Source of the DNA: a virus
Taxonomy: Duplodnaviria > Caudoviricetes
Virus record (IMG/VR): IMGVR_UViG_3300034341_000482
Span: 1 to 40,224 of that record
Reading direction: 5' to 3' (one strand)
Length of the DNA stretch: 40,224 nucleotides
How positions within the stretch are numbered: position 1 is the first letter of the stretch; each line of letters starts with the position of its first letter. The notes under the pieces were generated by a model. The model saw only the letters and a list, made by a program, of their open reading frames with translations, had not been told where the DNA came from and did no database searches. Position numbers and translations under genes: made by a program. This document shows positions 17,471 through 25,680 of the stretch, piece after piece.

Positions 17471-17746
17471 TTGCCATCAGCATCTATACCAACGCTACAA
17501 ACAAACACAGTTCTATTAGGCTCTAGTCCTATAACGAATCCTACATCTCTACTATTGAAAGTTGGTGGGGTGATTTATGGTGATGCCTACGATCTGGTAA
17601 ACACAAACTACACCCGCAGAATATTTCCAACGTATAATGCCACAAACAATAATATCTACCTAACGTCTATTGATATTGCTCACGGCACAAATATGCCCAC
17701 TACAACACTATCGAATGTTGAAGTCTTAGTAATAGGAGTTCAGTAA
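17471..17746 (+). CDS. Hypothetical beta-rich protein
   Basis: TTG start with AGGAG RBS; TAATG coupling to the next gene. Confidence 0.65.
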   Translation: MPSASIPTLQTNTVLLGSSPITNPTSLLLKVGGVIYGDAYDLVNTNYTRRIFPTYNATNNNIYLTSIDIAHGTNMPTTTLSNVEVLVIGVQ

Positions 17747-19377
17747 TGGCTGGCATAAAAAGCTATAAAGGCGTATCAGTTTATAACATGGCTAGAGGCA
17801 GTATTGACTCTGACTTTGGCTATTCGGGCGATAAGCTGAATACTTCTAGATTGATTGTCCCAGGAACTAGTAGAAGGGTAGGTAGAATTAGGGCTACAGA
17901 CACTAGTTTGCCCACATTCTCTGACGCTCTGGACTTTCTAGGTATACGCAATGGTACGATATCTTCTGGTGCAACATTCAGTAGAGGTATGGAATCTATA
18001 GAATATGTGGCGCAGTTGATAAAAGACTTCAAGACTGCAAACCCTACTACAACTGCACAAGTACAGTCTTATGGTATGGCTACGGCGCTAAACTGTTACC
18101 TTATTGCAGATGTTATCGAAGATCAGATGGGTGGCAGTACTGATGGCTTTCTGAATGACATGTTTCAGATAATGAATGGAGTTACCTTTCCTGGTAACTG
18201 GAAATTCTGGCAGATGCCTGGATACTATACGCCTAGTGCTTCTATAGCACAAAAGTGGAGATCATTCGTTACGTTAGATGGTGGTGTAGCCTCTAGTTCT
18301 CAATGGTCAGAATACGAAGTCAGAAAGAGGTATGCCCACGCAAATAACCTATTCAAGCCACTGATACTTCAGAATATGATAATGCGTCCTAGTGGCATAT
18401 ATACGTTTGCAACTCAAGCACTAAGTCCAAGTAGCAACACTGAATATCAAGAATACGAATACACACAAACAGGATTCACTACATCTAAACTCTATCTGAA
18501 GAAAGATCCTGCAGGTCAGTTTCAAACTGGCGGTCTAAAGAGATGTCCTGTGTTCAACGGATCAAGTAGTACTGGCTATATACCAGACAACCAAGAATTA
18601 GGTCACGGAGAAATTGCACCTGTATATTATCCAGAAGACCCACCAGTGACATACTCTCGTAGATTTAGATGCGACTTGAATAGTACTAGTACATATTGGT
18701 TCAGCGGGCTTGTTCACCAAGACGTGAAAATACCTAGTACTGGATATATTTCGCCACCTATCAATTTATTCGACAATATGTATTGGGCGCCTGCACCAAC
18801 ATTCAAATATAAAGCGTATGATGAAGCTGGAAATGTACAGACACTAAGCGTTTCTAATAGCACTCAGTACTCCTCAAATGGTGGACAAGAAAAATTCACT
18901 ATCATGCAAAGACAATCCGGTCATCAACTTTCAAATACAGACTCAGCCCAGGCGTTGTCATTTAGACCTAAGATGGATTACTTTGCTACTACAGTAAATG
19001 GTCAAAAAGTTTTGAAGAAAGGTCGAGTATATTTTGGCGTGCCTGGAAATATATTATATCACACTACCCTGTATGCATCTATGATCATGGGCGGTTCCCT
19101 AAACTACAACAATCTACACGATAGACTTACAGATGGCGGTACTGGTCAAATGTCAGGATTTGGAGTTGGATTATCTGATAGTGATGTTATAGAGTGGAGA
19201 GTAGATTTTGGCTTAATGCGGTCTGGCTACAACGAGTGGGATCTTCCTAGCAATTGGTCAGACAGATTTGATATTACTAACTCGGGTGTGACTTCTGGTT
19301 TCACAGCTCCCGAGGACTTCAACACAGTTTACGGACAAATTGACCCACTAGTTTTTGACTTTGCGGTGACGCCATGA
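17746..19377 (+). CDS. Hypothetical, probably virion/receptor-binding protein
   Basis: 543-aa S/T/G/Y-rich ORF within the tail module; no family recognised. Confidence 0.7.
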   Translation: MAGIKSYKGVSVYNMARGSIDSDFGYSGDKLNTSRLIVPGTSRRVGRIRATDTSLPTFSDALDFLGIRNGTISSGATFSRGMESIEYVAQLIKDFKTANPTTTAQVQSYGMATALNCYLIADVIEDQMGGSTDGFLNDMFQIMNGVTFPGNWKFWQMPGYYTPSASIAQKWRSFVTLDGGVASSSQWSEYEVRKRYAHANNLFKPLILQNMIMRPSGIYTFATQALSPSSNTEYQEYEYTQTGFTTSKLYLKKDPAGQFQTGGLKRCPVFNGSSSTGYIPDNQELGHGEIAPVYYPEDPPVTYSRRFRCDLNSTSTYWFSGLVHQDVKIPSTGYISPPINLFDNMYWAPAPTFKYKAYDEAGNVQTLSVSNSTQYSSNGGQEKFTIMQRQSGHQLSNTDSAQALSFRPKMDYFATTVNGQKVLKKGRVYFGVPGNILYHTTLYASMIMGGSLNYNNLHDRLTDGGTGQMSGFGVGLSDSDVIEWRVDFGLMRSGYNEWDLPSNWSDRFDITNSGVTSGFTAPEDFNTVYGQIDPLVFDFAVTP

Positions 19378-19895
19378 CGCTGAAAGTAACATCAAATAAC
19401 ATAGAGATACTAAACTCTTCTGGAGTAACTAAGTTCAGTGCCGATGAGCCTCTACTATATGTTGCGGGATATGAATACGGAACAATAGATATGGGCTCAG
19501 GCACAAACAGTTCCGGCAGTGCGGTTTTCGTAGCGCAACACTATATACAGTTAGCATCAGCAATCGAAGACAATGAAGTGCCTGTTCTGTATATCACCAT
19601 CACAGGATCATCTGATTTTGGAGATCCCGCTTCTGCATTGAGTAATGTGAGACAACCTGCGAATGCTGTAGTCCCTATTTACATTAGGGGATATCCTAGC
19701 GGTAACACACCAGCCTCAGATCAAACAACACTATCTATCGCTCCTCATGGTAAATTCGGATACTTAGTGAGACTTCATTATTATGGAACAAATCTAGGCT
19801 ATGCTAACTCATTGTATGCATCCTCTCAGGGCATGACTGCACCAACACTATCATTTGATTGGGAATTATATAAATATCGTTATCTAGACGTATAG
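19374..19895 (+). CDS. Hypothetical tail-associated protein
   Basis: ATGA overlap; N-terminal I.I.NSSG..KF motif is common in tail-tip accessory proteins. Confidence 0.65.
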   Translation: MTLKVTSNNIEILNSSGVTKFSADEPLLYVAGYEYGTIDMGSGTNSSGSAVFVAQHYIQLASAIEDNEVPVLYITITGSSDFGDPASALSNVRQPANAVVPIYIRGYPSGNTPASDQTTLSIAPHGKFGYLVRLHYYGTNLGYANSLYASSQGMTAPTLSFDWELYKYRYLDV

Positions 19896-19904
19896 GAGAT
19901 TATT

Positions 19905-20123
19905 ATGAATATAGACAATTATGAAATCAGTATCCTACGATTTGCCGCAAACAACGTAGAACGAACATCAATAGCACAAGTCGCATTGACTGAGGAAGTG
20001 GCAGAAGGCATCATTCGTCAGGTAGGCATATATGACTTATCCCTAGCTAGAGCGTTCACTTCTGTTGGCGATCCACAACTACTTCTTGCTATTCGTGAGA
20101 AGCTAGAATCAATTCCCGAATAA
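19905..20123 (+). CDS. Small hypothetical protein
   Basis: AGGAG RBS; TATAAATA at 19869-19876 upstream. Confidence 0.65.
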   Translation: MNIDNYEISILRFAANNVERTSIAQVALTEEVAEGIIRQVGIYDLSLARAFTSVGDPQLLLAIREKLESIPE

Positions 20124-20129
20124 AAAAGC

Positions 20130-20158
20130 TTGACATTTACGGACCCATGTGTTATTCT
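20130..20158 (+). promoter_or_regulatory. sigma70-like promoter
   Basis: TTGACA-N17-TATTCT with an A tract upstream. Confidence 0.65.
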
Positions 20159-20184
20159 ATAGCATAGAATAAATTAGGATTATT

Positions 20185-20856
20185 ATGTTTACACACGTAG
20201 AGTTAGATAAAAGTAATGTCCCAGAGTTAGAGTGCGAAACTCTTCCTACTGGTCGGACATACCAAACACCCGAGGGCAACAAGTACCCATCGATCACTAC
20301 AGTTCTGAGTCTCAGAGGCAAAGAAGGCATTCTCGCTTGGAGAAAAAGAGTGGGAGAAGAAGTTGCTAATAAGATCAGTCAACAAGCCGCTACACGTGGT
20401 ACTGCGGTACACACGCTGGCAGAAGACTATTTGAACAATAAAGAAGACTGGGCTAAGAAAGCTATGCCAGCGAATATCTTCTCGTTCAATCAGATCAAGC
20501 CCATCTTAGATGAGCGAGTCAATAATATCTGGGCGCAAGAAGTCCCACTATATTCTGATAAGTTCAAGATAGCTGGTCGAGTAGACTGTATTGCTGAGTT
20601 CGATAATGAACTAACAATCATCGATTTCAAGACATCACGTAAGCCAAAGAAAGAGGAGTGGATTCAAGGCTACTTCACTCAAGCGGCTTTCTATGCGGCA
20701 GCCTTCTATGAGAGAACTGGTGTTCCTATCAAGAAGTTTGCTATTATCATTGCTGTAGACGATAATGAACCACAAGTCTTCACGGGTAACACCTTTGACT
20801 ATCTCAAAGAGTTACTAGAAATAAGAATTGAGTACGCAGAGGTAAAAGGTATATGA
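20185..20856 (+). CDS. PD-(D/E)xK exonuclease (Cas4-like exonuclease of T4-like phages)
   Basis: YPSITTVL, RGT.VH, E..LYS, AGRVDC, IIDFKTS and Q...YA motifs. Confidence 0.9.
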   Translation: MFTHVELDKSNVPELECETLPTGRTYQTPEGNKYPSITTVLSLRGKEGILAWRKRVGEEVANKISQQAATRGTAVHTLAEDYLNNKEDWAKKAMPANIFSFNQIKPILDERVNNIWAQEVPLYSDKFKIAGRVDCIAEFDNELTIIDFKTSRKPKKEEWIQGYFTQAAFYAAAFYERTGVPIKKFAIIIAVDDNEPQVFTGNTFDYLKELLEIRIEYAEVKGI

Positions 20857-21005
20857 CGTTTATAGAAACTTTAGTCGGTATTGTATTAGTCGCTGTAGGT
20901 GCGAAAATTCTGTGGGTAGCCACACTCATCAATGATGAACGTAAGAAAGCCTACAGAGCAGGCACACATGACTACTATGGTAACAAAATCAAGGAAGACG
21001 AATAG
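20853..21005 (+). CDS. 50-aa single-TM protein not in the ORF track
   Basis: MTFIETLVGIVLVAVGAKILWVATLINDERKKAYRAGTHDYYGNKIKEDE*; ATGA overlap. Confidence 0.6.
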   Translation: MTFIETLVGIVLVAVGAKILWVATLINDERKKAYRAGTHDYYGNKIKEDE

Positions 21006-21199
21006 TGGCAACAAAGAACGACATCACTGGTGATTCTATCAAGTCTAAAGGACTGTCTCAGCAAGGCCGAGATAACTGGGATAGGATCTTCGGTGAGAAG
21101 AATCAGAGACATAAACAGCAAGACATGACTGAACTCAATGGCGATGGTAATCGTGATAGAGGTCGTTATGGCGAAGACCTAGAGAGCAAAAAAAAGTAA
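21005..21199 (+). CDS. Small hypothetical protein
   Basis: MATKNDITGD.I.SK...NWDRIFG motif. Confidence 0.7.
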   Translation: MATKNDITGDSIKSKGLSQQGRDNWDRIFGEKNQRHKQQDMTELNGDGNRDRGRYGEDLESKKK

Positions 21200-21218
21200 A
21201 AAAAGTTCAAAAAAAGGG

Positions 21219-21246
21219 TTGACATCTCTGTATTTCCATATATAAT
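21219..21246 (+). promoter_or_regulatory. Strong early promoter with A-tract UP element
   Basis: Phased A tracts at 21188-21215, then TTGACA-N16-TATAAT. Confidence 0.75.
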
Positions 21247-21268
21247 GTACTAGTAATTGAGAGGAAAT

Positions 21269-21787
21269 ATGATTATGAATGTTTATGAAGCCCTAAAGTT
21301 TGCGACTAAAGCGCACGAAGGGCAAGTTCGGAAATATACTGGTGAAGAATACATCACTCACCCTGTTGCTGTAGCAGATATGGTCGAACATTACCTAGAT
21401 AGCATAGGGTTCTATACAGAAGAGCAGATTCAAACTGCTATCCAAATTGCTATACTCCACGACACTGTAGAAGACTGTGATGTCACTATCGAAGAGATCG
21501 AAGAACTCTTTGGTGCTGACGTTGCTCAAGGTGTCTGGTTTCTTACCAAGACTCCCGCTTTCGTGGGAAATCGGGCTCAACGGAAAGCACTGTGCGAAGC
21601 ACGGCTAGCCCAAGCGCCTGAAATCATCAAGATCATCAAAACGTGTGATATGCATCACAACAGCAAGAGCATCGAAGAGCATGATGCCAACTTCTGGGAG
21701 CTTTTCAAGAAAGAGACCAAGGCTTTGTTGATTGCAATGGACACTACAGATGTTATGTTTGAACTAATAGAATTGGAGAAAGAATGA
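21269..21787 (+). CDS. HD-domain small alarmone hydrolase-like protein (SpoT-HD/Mesh1 family)
   Basis: AH.GQ.RK...Y..HP..VA, A.LHDTVED, F...VA..V..LT and IK..D..HN motifs. Confidence 0.85.
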   Translation: MIMNVYEALKFATKAHEGQVRKYTGEEYITHPVAVADMVEHYLDSIGFYTEEQIQTAIQIAILHDTVEDCDVTIEEIEELFGADVAQGVWFLTKTPAFVGNRAQRKALCEARLAQAPEIIKIIKTCDMHHNSKSIEEHDANFWELFKKETKALLIAMDTTDVMFELIELEKE

Positions 21788-21954
21788 TGACGTATAATCG
21801 TGCAATAACTGTTTTGACCCGTAGAGCAACCGAGTTCTACGGTAAAACGTTTGAATGGCTTGTTGATGCTATGGATAATGGCTTTGATGAGAACCTAACT
21901 GTTACTGAAGCTTATAAAATATATAAAATGGAGACAAACTATGTGGGTAGCTAA
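21784..21954 (+). CDS. Small hypothetical protein not in the ORF track
   Basis: GGAG RBS, ATGA overlap, 56 aa. Confidence 0.55.
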   Translation: MMTYNRAITVLTRRATEFYGKTFEWLVDAMDNGFDENLTVTEAYKIYKMETNYVGS

Positions 21955-22123
21955 ACCGAATCTGAACAATAACAACGGCATCAAAGAATTTGAAGATGTC
22001 AAGCAAGCAGTGGCGTACTTAGAAGAGTACACTGGTATTGAGATGGCTTATGATCGTTGCCGTAAGACCAAGAAGATCACCTATGATTGGCAACTTCTAG
22101 ATAAGCTGTGGGAAAAAAGTTGA
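21941..22123 (+). CDS. Small hypothetical protein
   Basis: GGAG RBS; 60 aa. Confidence 0.65.
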   Translation: MWVAKPNLNNNNGIKEFEDVKQAVAYLEEYTGIEMAYDRCRKTKKITYDWQLLDKLWEKS

Positions 22124-22153
22124 AAATAATTTCACTTTTTTTGAAAAAAGTGG

Positions 22154-22181
22154 TTGACAATGTGGTCCAACCTGCTATTAT
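22154..22181 (+). promoter_or_regulatory. Early promoter with A/T-tract UP element
   Basis: TTGACA-N16-TATTAT. Confidence 0.7.
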
Positions 22182-22214
22182 ATATCTGTAATCAAAAGAA
22201 ACGGAGAAAAAATT

Positions 22215-22583
22215 ATGGCTTACGTATCACAAGAAATGAAGAAAGAACTCGCTCCTGCTATCAAAGCAGTCCTGAAAGAGTTCGGCATGAAGGGCAGTAT
22301 TGCTGTTCGTAACCACTCAACTATTTGTGTGAATATCAAGTCAGGTAAAATTGACTTCTCTGAGAACTACACCCACGGTGATCGTTACATTCAAGTCAAT
22401 GAGTACTGGATTGATGAGCATTACGAAGGTGTTGCTCAGAAGTTTCTGAACAAGTTGTTAGCGGCAATGAAAGGTCCTAACTACTTCAACAATGATGATG
22501 CGATGACTGATTACTTTCACCGTTCGCATTACACCGATATCAATATCGGTCAGTGGAACAAACCTTATGAGGTAACTGCATAA
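22215..22583 (+). CDS. Conserved early phage hypothetical protein
   Basis: MAYVSQE.KK..AP.IKAVLK...D.MTDYF....Y..INIG.W.KPY; GGAG RBS. Confidence 0.8.
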   Translation: MAYVSQEMKKELAPAIKAVLKEFGMKGSIAVRNHSTICVNIKSGKIDFSENYTHGDRYIQVNEYWIDEHYEGVAQKFLNKLLAAMKGPNYFNNDDAMTDYFHRSHYTDINIGQWNKPYEVTA

Positions 22584-23038
22584 TGTATGAAGTAAAGAAT
22601 AGCGAAGGCGAAACAGTTTGCCTTTGCACTCGCCTTGAAGATGCCCAGTCATTTGAGTCTGCCGGAAAAATCGACAAGACTGAATACACCATAATCCATT
22701 ATCCGATAAAAGTAAAGGAAACAAATATGTCGCAAGTTGCAGTAATCCATACAGCCTTCGAAGAAAGTCCACGAACGGTTGCTTTTGTAAACATTCCCGA
22801 AGACGCTCGGTCAACTGATGAGGCTCTAGAATATGCCTATCGTTGGACTAACAACGTCATGGGTTCTTGGAGTCGAACTGATATCGAAGATAACGGTGAC
22901 TATAATCCAGACGTAACTGTTATGGCTTCTCTAGGTGAAGGTGGCATGGGTCTTCGATCTACTTCGATGGGTGACCAAATGCTGATCGGCAATAAGAAAT
23001 ACAAAGTTGCCGCTTTCGGATTTGAGGAGATCGTGTAG
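22583..23038 (+). CDS. Hypothetical protein; possible internal start at 22727
   Basis: LRSTSMGD motif; AAGGA precedes the internal MSQVAVIH. Confidence 0.7.
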   Translation: MYEVKNSEGETVCLCTRLEDAQSFESAGKIDKTEYTIIHYPIKVKETNMSQVAVIHTAFEESPRTVAFVNIPEDARSTDEALEYAYRWTNNVMGSWSRTDIEDNGDYNPDVTVMASLGEGGMGLRSTSMGDQMLIGNKKYKVAAFGFEEIV

Positions 23039-23271
23039 TGATAACTCCTACCGAGTTCTATGCAATGCTTGAACAGCATGATTGGTTTTATAGCTACTCA
23101 GACGACCATCGTGTCTGGACTGCGGGCAATGAAGCCAATCGAAAACTTCAGTCTATCATTCAAGAGGAATCTCTCTTGACCCGAATGTATATTGACTACG
23201 CCAAGTGCGTTCACAATCCCGATCTTTCTAAGCCTAAGCTTGAAGACTATTTGAAATTTGAGGAGAAATAA
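23038..23271 (+). CDS. Hypothetical protein
   Basis: L..HDW.Y.YSDD.RVW..G motif; GAGGAG RBS. Confidence 0.75.
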   Translation: MITPTEFYAMLEQHDWFYSYSDDHRVWTAGNEANRKLQSIIQEESLLTRMYIDYAKCVHNPDLSKPKLEDYLKFEEK

Positions 23272-23436
23272 ATGATTAGTGAACTAGTAAATGATGTTAT
23301 GGTAATTGAGTCCGTGCTGATTGCAATGGACGAAGGTGCCAGTGATGAGAAGCGAGCGGCTATCTATTCTTTGGAAAAGATGATGCACGAAAAGCAGGCA
23401 GTTATCGATGCCTTTGAGAAAGCCTTTGCTGAGTAA
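23272..23436 (+). CDS. Small hypothetical protein not in the ORF track
   Basis: GAGGAG RBS; 54 aa; TAATG coupling. Confidence 0.65.
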   Translation: MISELVNDVMVIESVLIAMDEGASDEKRAAIYSLEKMMHEKQAVIDAFEKAFAE

Positions 23437-23669
23437 TGTTCACGAATGAGTTTGAATGGGATGCCAGTATCACAACTGTTATGGACGAGACTGGTAAGTT
23501 AGAGGATGTGGAACTTATCATTGATGATGATATGGTGTATATCAAACAGTGGACAGAGAAAGAACATATGCCCGCTGATTTGATTTGCTTGACACCTAAG
23601 ATGTTTTCTGATATGATAGAAGCACTGAACCAAACAGAAGGGTTCTATATAACAAGGTATAAAAGATGA
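23436..23669 (+). CDS. Hypothetical protein
   Basis: 77-aa ORF, translationally coupled on both sides. Confidence 0.7.
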   Translation: MFTNEFEWDASITTVMDETGKLEDVELIIDDDMVYIKQWTEKEHMPADLICLTPKMFSDMIEALNQTEGFYITRYKR

Positions 23670-24220
23670 ACATATTTATTTTACATGACGATCCAGTCAA
23701 AGCGGCTCAAGACCAGTGTGACAAGCACGTGGTCAAAATGATTGTAGAGTCTGCCCAGATGCTATCTACAGCCCATCGTATGCTTGACGGCACGATGGAG
23801 TTACGACCATCTAAGTCTGGTAAGCGCATGGTAAAATATTACGTTCATCCAAACGACAACTACGAAGGTGTACTATATAAAGCAGTACACCATTTTCATC
23901 CTTGCACCATATGGACAATGGAGTCTAGCGATAACTACAAGTGGCACTATGAGCATTTTATCGCTTTGTGCAAAGAGTATGAATACAGGTATGGTAAGCA
24001 ACACAGTACATATGGCTTACTAAAAGATATCTTAGCACCACTGCCTAAGAATATTCCGAATGTGGGGCTAACTAAATTCAGATTGGCTATGCAAGCCAAT
24101 CCAGAGTGTATGTTTGAAGACAGCGTGAAATCTTATCGTGCCTTCTATCATACTAAACAAAGCCGTTTCAAAATGGCATGGACAAAACGTAGTGTCCCAA
24201 ATTGGTTCGTTTTTGCATAG
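23666..24220 (+). CDS. Pyrimidine-dimer DNA glycosylase / DenV-like family protein
   Basis: MNIF.L..DP..AA...CDKHVVKM.VESAQMLSTAH, HPC..W and L..EY..RYGK.H motifs. Confidence 0.8.
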   Translation: MNIFILHDDPVKAAQDQCDKHVVKMIVESAQMLSTAHRMLDGTMELRPSKSGKRMVKYYVHPNDNYEGVLYKAVHHFHPCTIWTMESSDNYKWHYEHFIALCKEYEYRYGKQHSTYGLLKDILAPLPKNIPNVGLTKFRLAMQANPECMFEDSVKSYRAFYHTKQSRFKMAWTKRSVPNWFVFA

Positions 24221-24229
24221 GAGAGATTT

Positions 24230-24793
24230 ATGAAATATTATAAGATAGAACCGACCTATAAGAAGTCCGTAGTAGAGTGGACAATATTTAGGCGTGAAGT
24301 TGAAGGTAAGCCACAGTTTCTTAGAAAAGAGTTGGGTTGGCGATGGGGATCATTTCTCATTCAAGTTCCCGACACTGATGCTGAGAAGCTTGAGTGGGCA
24401 AAAGATAAAGGGTACGATTCAGTACAAGAATGTTTAGAAGACTACTATGGTCACGAAGACGTAGACAGTAATCCAGACCTCTCTGAATACTTACTACCTG
24501 ACCCAGAGGATGATTACATCGAACTTGAAGACTTTGAGTCCGAGATGATCGAATGTTGGGATGGCTGTTGGGATGATTGGTCCATCTCTACCCCAAGTGC
24601 CGATGAAGATGAAGTGATGGACGAGGAAGAAGAGGATGCAATTCTCGAGGCTGCCCAAATCGCATATGATGAGGAGTACGAGGAAGGCGTTGAATCGTTA
24701 GGTTGGACATTCGTAGATTGTCAATTCGATATTTGCTGTACGACTACGGCAGTAGAATGTGATGAACACGGTATGGTCCCAGAAGATGAATAA
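24230..24793 (+). CDS. Highly acidic hypothetical protein
   Basis: AGGAG RBS; D/E-rich, 187 aa. Confidence 0.75.
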   Translation: MKYYKIEPTYKKSVVEWTIFRREVEGKPQFLRKELGWRWGSFLIQVPDTDAEKLEWAKDKGYDSVQECLEDYYGHEDVDSNPDLSEYLLPDPEDDYIELEDFESEMIECWDGCWDDWSISTPSADEDEVMDEEEEDAILEAAQIAYDEEYEEGVESLGWTFVDCQFDICCTTTAVECDEHGMVPEDE

Positions 24794-24810
24794 TAAAAAC
24801 AAGGAGACTT

Positions 24811-24951
24811 ATGGCAACAAAAGCAAAGGCGTTTAGTGCGGTACACGTTAGGACCCACAAAAAAACTTCTATAGGAAGAAAGCCAAAGATGGCATCAATG
24901 AACAAGTCAAAGAAGGCTAGCTTCAAGCATTATAGAGGGCAAGGTAAATGA
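24811..24951 (+). CDS. Small basic protein ending YRGQGK, not in the ORF track
   Basis: AAGGAG RBS; 46 aa. Confidence 0.7.
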   Translation: MATKAKAFSAVHVRTHKKTSIGRKPKMASMNKSKKASFKHYRGQGK

Positions 24952-25178
24952 ATCAGTATGAAGATTTTCCACCGTGGCTGATCAAGGGCGGAACATTATT
25001 TTGGATAGGTATGATAGTATATCTTTTGATAATATCTAATTTCCAAACAGAAGAGGTTGACACCCCAAAAGAACCTGTGATAGAATACACGTTTCATGGG
25101 CATCCAATTATAGTTGAAGAACTAGAGCCCATCAAGCCTATTGTAGAACCAATTGAGATTGTACCTGAAGAGGAATAA
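24948..25178 (+). CDS. Single-TM hypothetical protein
   Basis: Hydrophobic helix followed by a P/E-rich tail. Confidence 0.65.
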   Translation: MNQYEDFPPWLIKGGTLFWIGMIVYLLIISNFQTEEVDTPKEPVIEYTFHGHPIIVEELEPIKPIVEPIEIVPEEE

Positions 25179-25180
25179 TA

Positions 25181-25606
25181 ATGAATATCAAACATGCACC
25201 TATTTTCGATACCAAAAGAGTTGAGAGACTATACAGTGAGAAAGATGGTGTACCAGTGAAGTACATATGTACTACCGACTTATCAGTGAGTGATAGACCC
25301 ATTGATGTTTTCTATAGAGATACACCACATCCTGAATTTGGCAATAGATACTTCGGTCTCTTTCGTAATACCCATCCAGCGGCAGACGCAGACGGGAATA
25401 TATTGATTACGAATGCCGATGAAATCGAATCATACGAATTTGGTATGATCGAAGATAAAGATGGATGGATGTGGTACTCCCAGTGTCATCATGACTGCTT
25501 ATTCTTAGATGGTAAGATGATCGATGGTGGTCGCCAATACATTAGATCCACTGGTGATCATGTGGTCTTTGCCGTAAAAAATGGCAAATTTATTGAAAAA
25601 AAGTGA
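25181..25606 (+). CDS. Hypothetical protein
   Basis: 141 aa with YS..HHD....G.MIDGGR.Y motif. Confidence 0.75.
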   Translation: MNIKHAPIFDTKRVERLYSEKDGVPVKYICTTDLSVSDRPIDVFYRDTPHPEFGNRYFGLFRNTHPAADADGNILITNADEIESYEFGMIEDKDGWMWYSQCHHDCLFLDGKMIDGGRQYIRSTGDHVVFAVKNGKFIEKK

Positions 25607-25625
25607 AAATAATTGAAAAAAGGGG

Positions 25626-25654
25626 TTGACAACCCCATCAAATCCATGTAGGAT
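25626..25654 (+). promoter_or_regulatory. Early promoter with A-tract UP element
   Basis: AAAAAAGGGG-TTGACA-N17-TAGGAT. Confidence 0.75.
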
Positions 25655-25680
25655 GTACATGTAACTGAGAGAGGTGATGT

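Noticed and set aside
12653-19895. Diversity-generating retroelement or invertible tail-fibre switch
   Set aside because: No reverse transcriptase or recombinase, and no near-identical template/variable repeat pair or inverted crossover sites seen.
20185-20856. Cas4-like nuclease as a sign of a CRISPR system
   Set aside because: No repeat-spacer array or other cas genes in the window; this is the stand-alone exonuclease common in T4-like phages.
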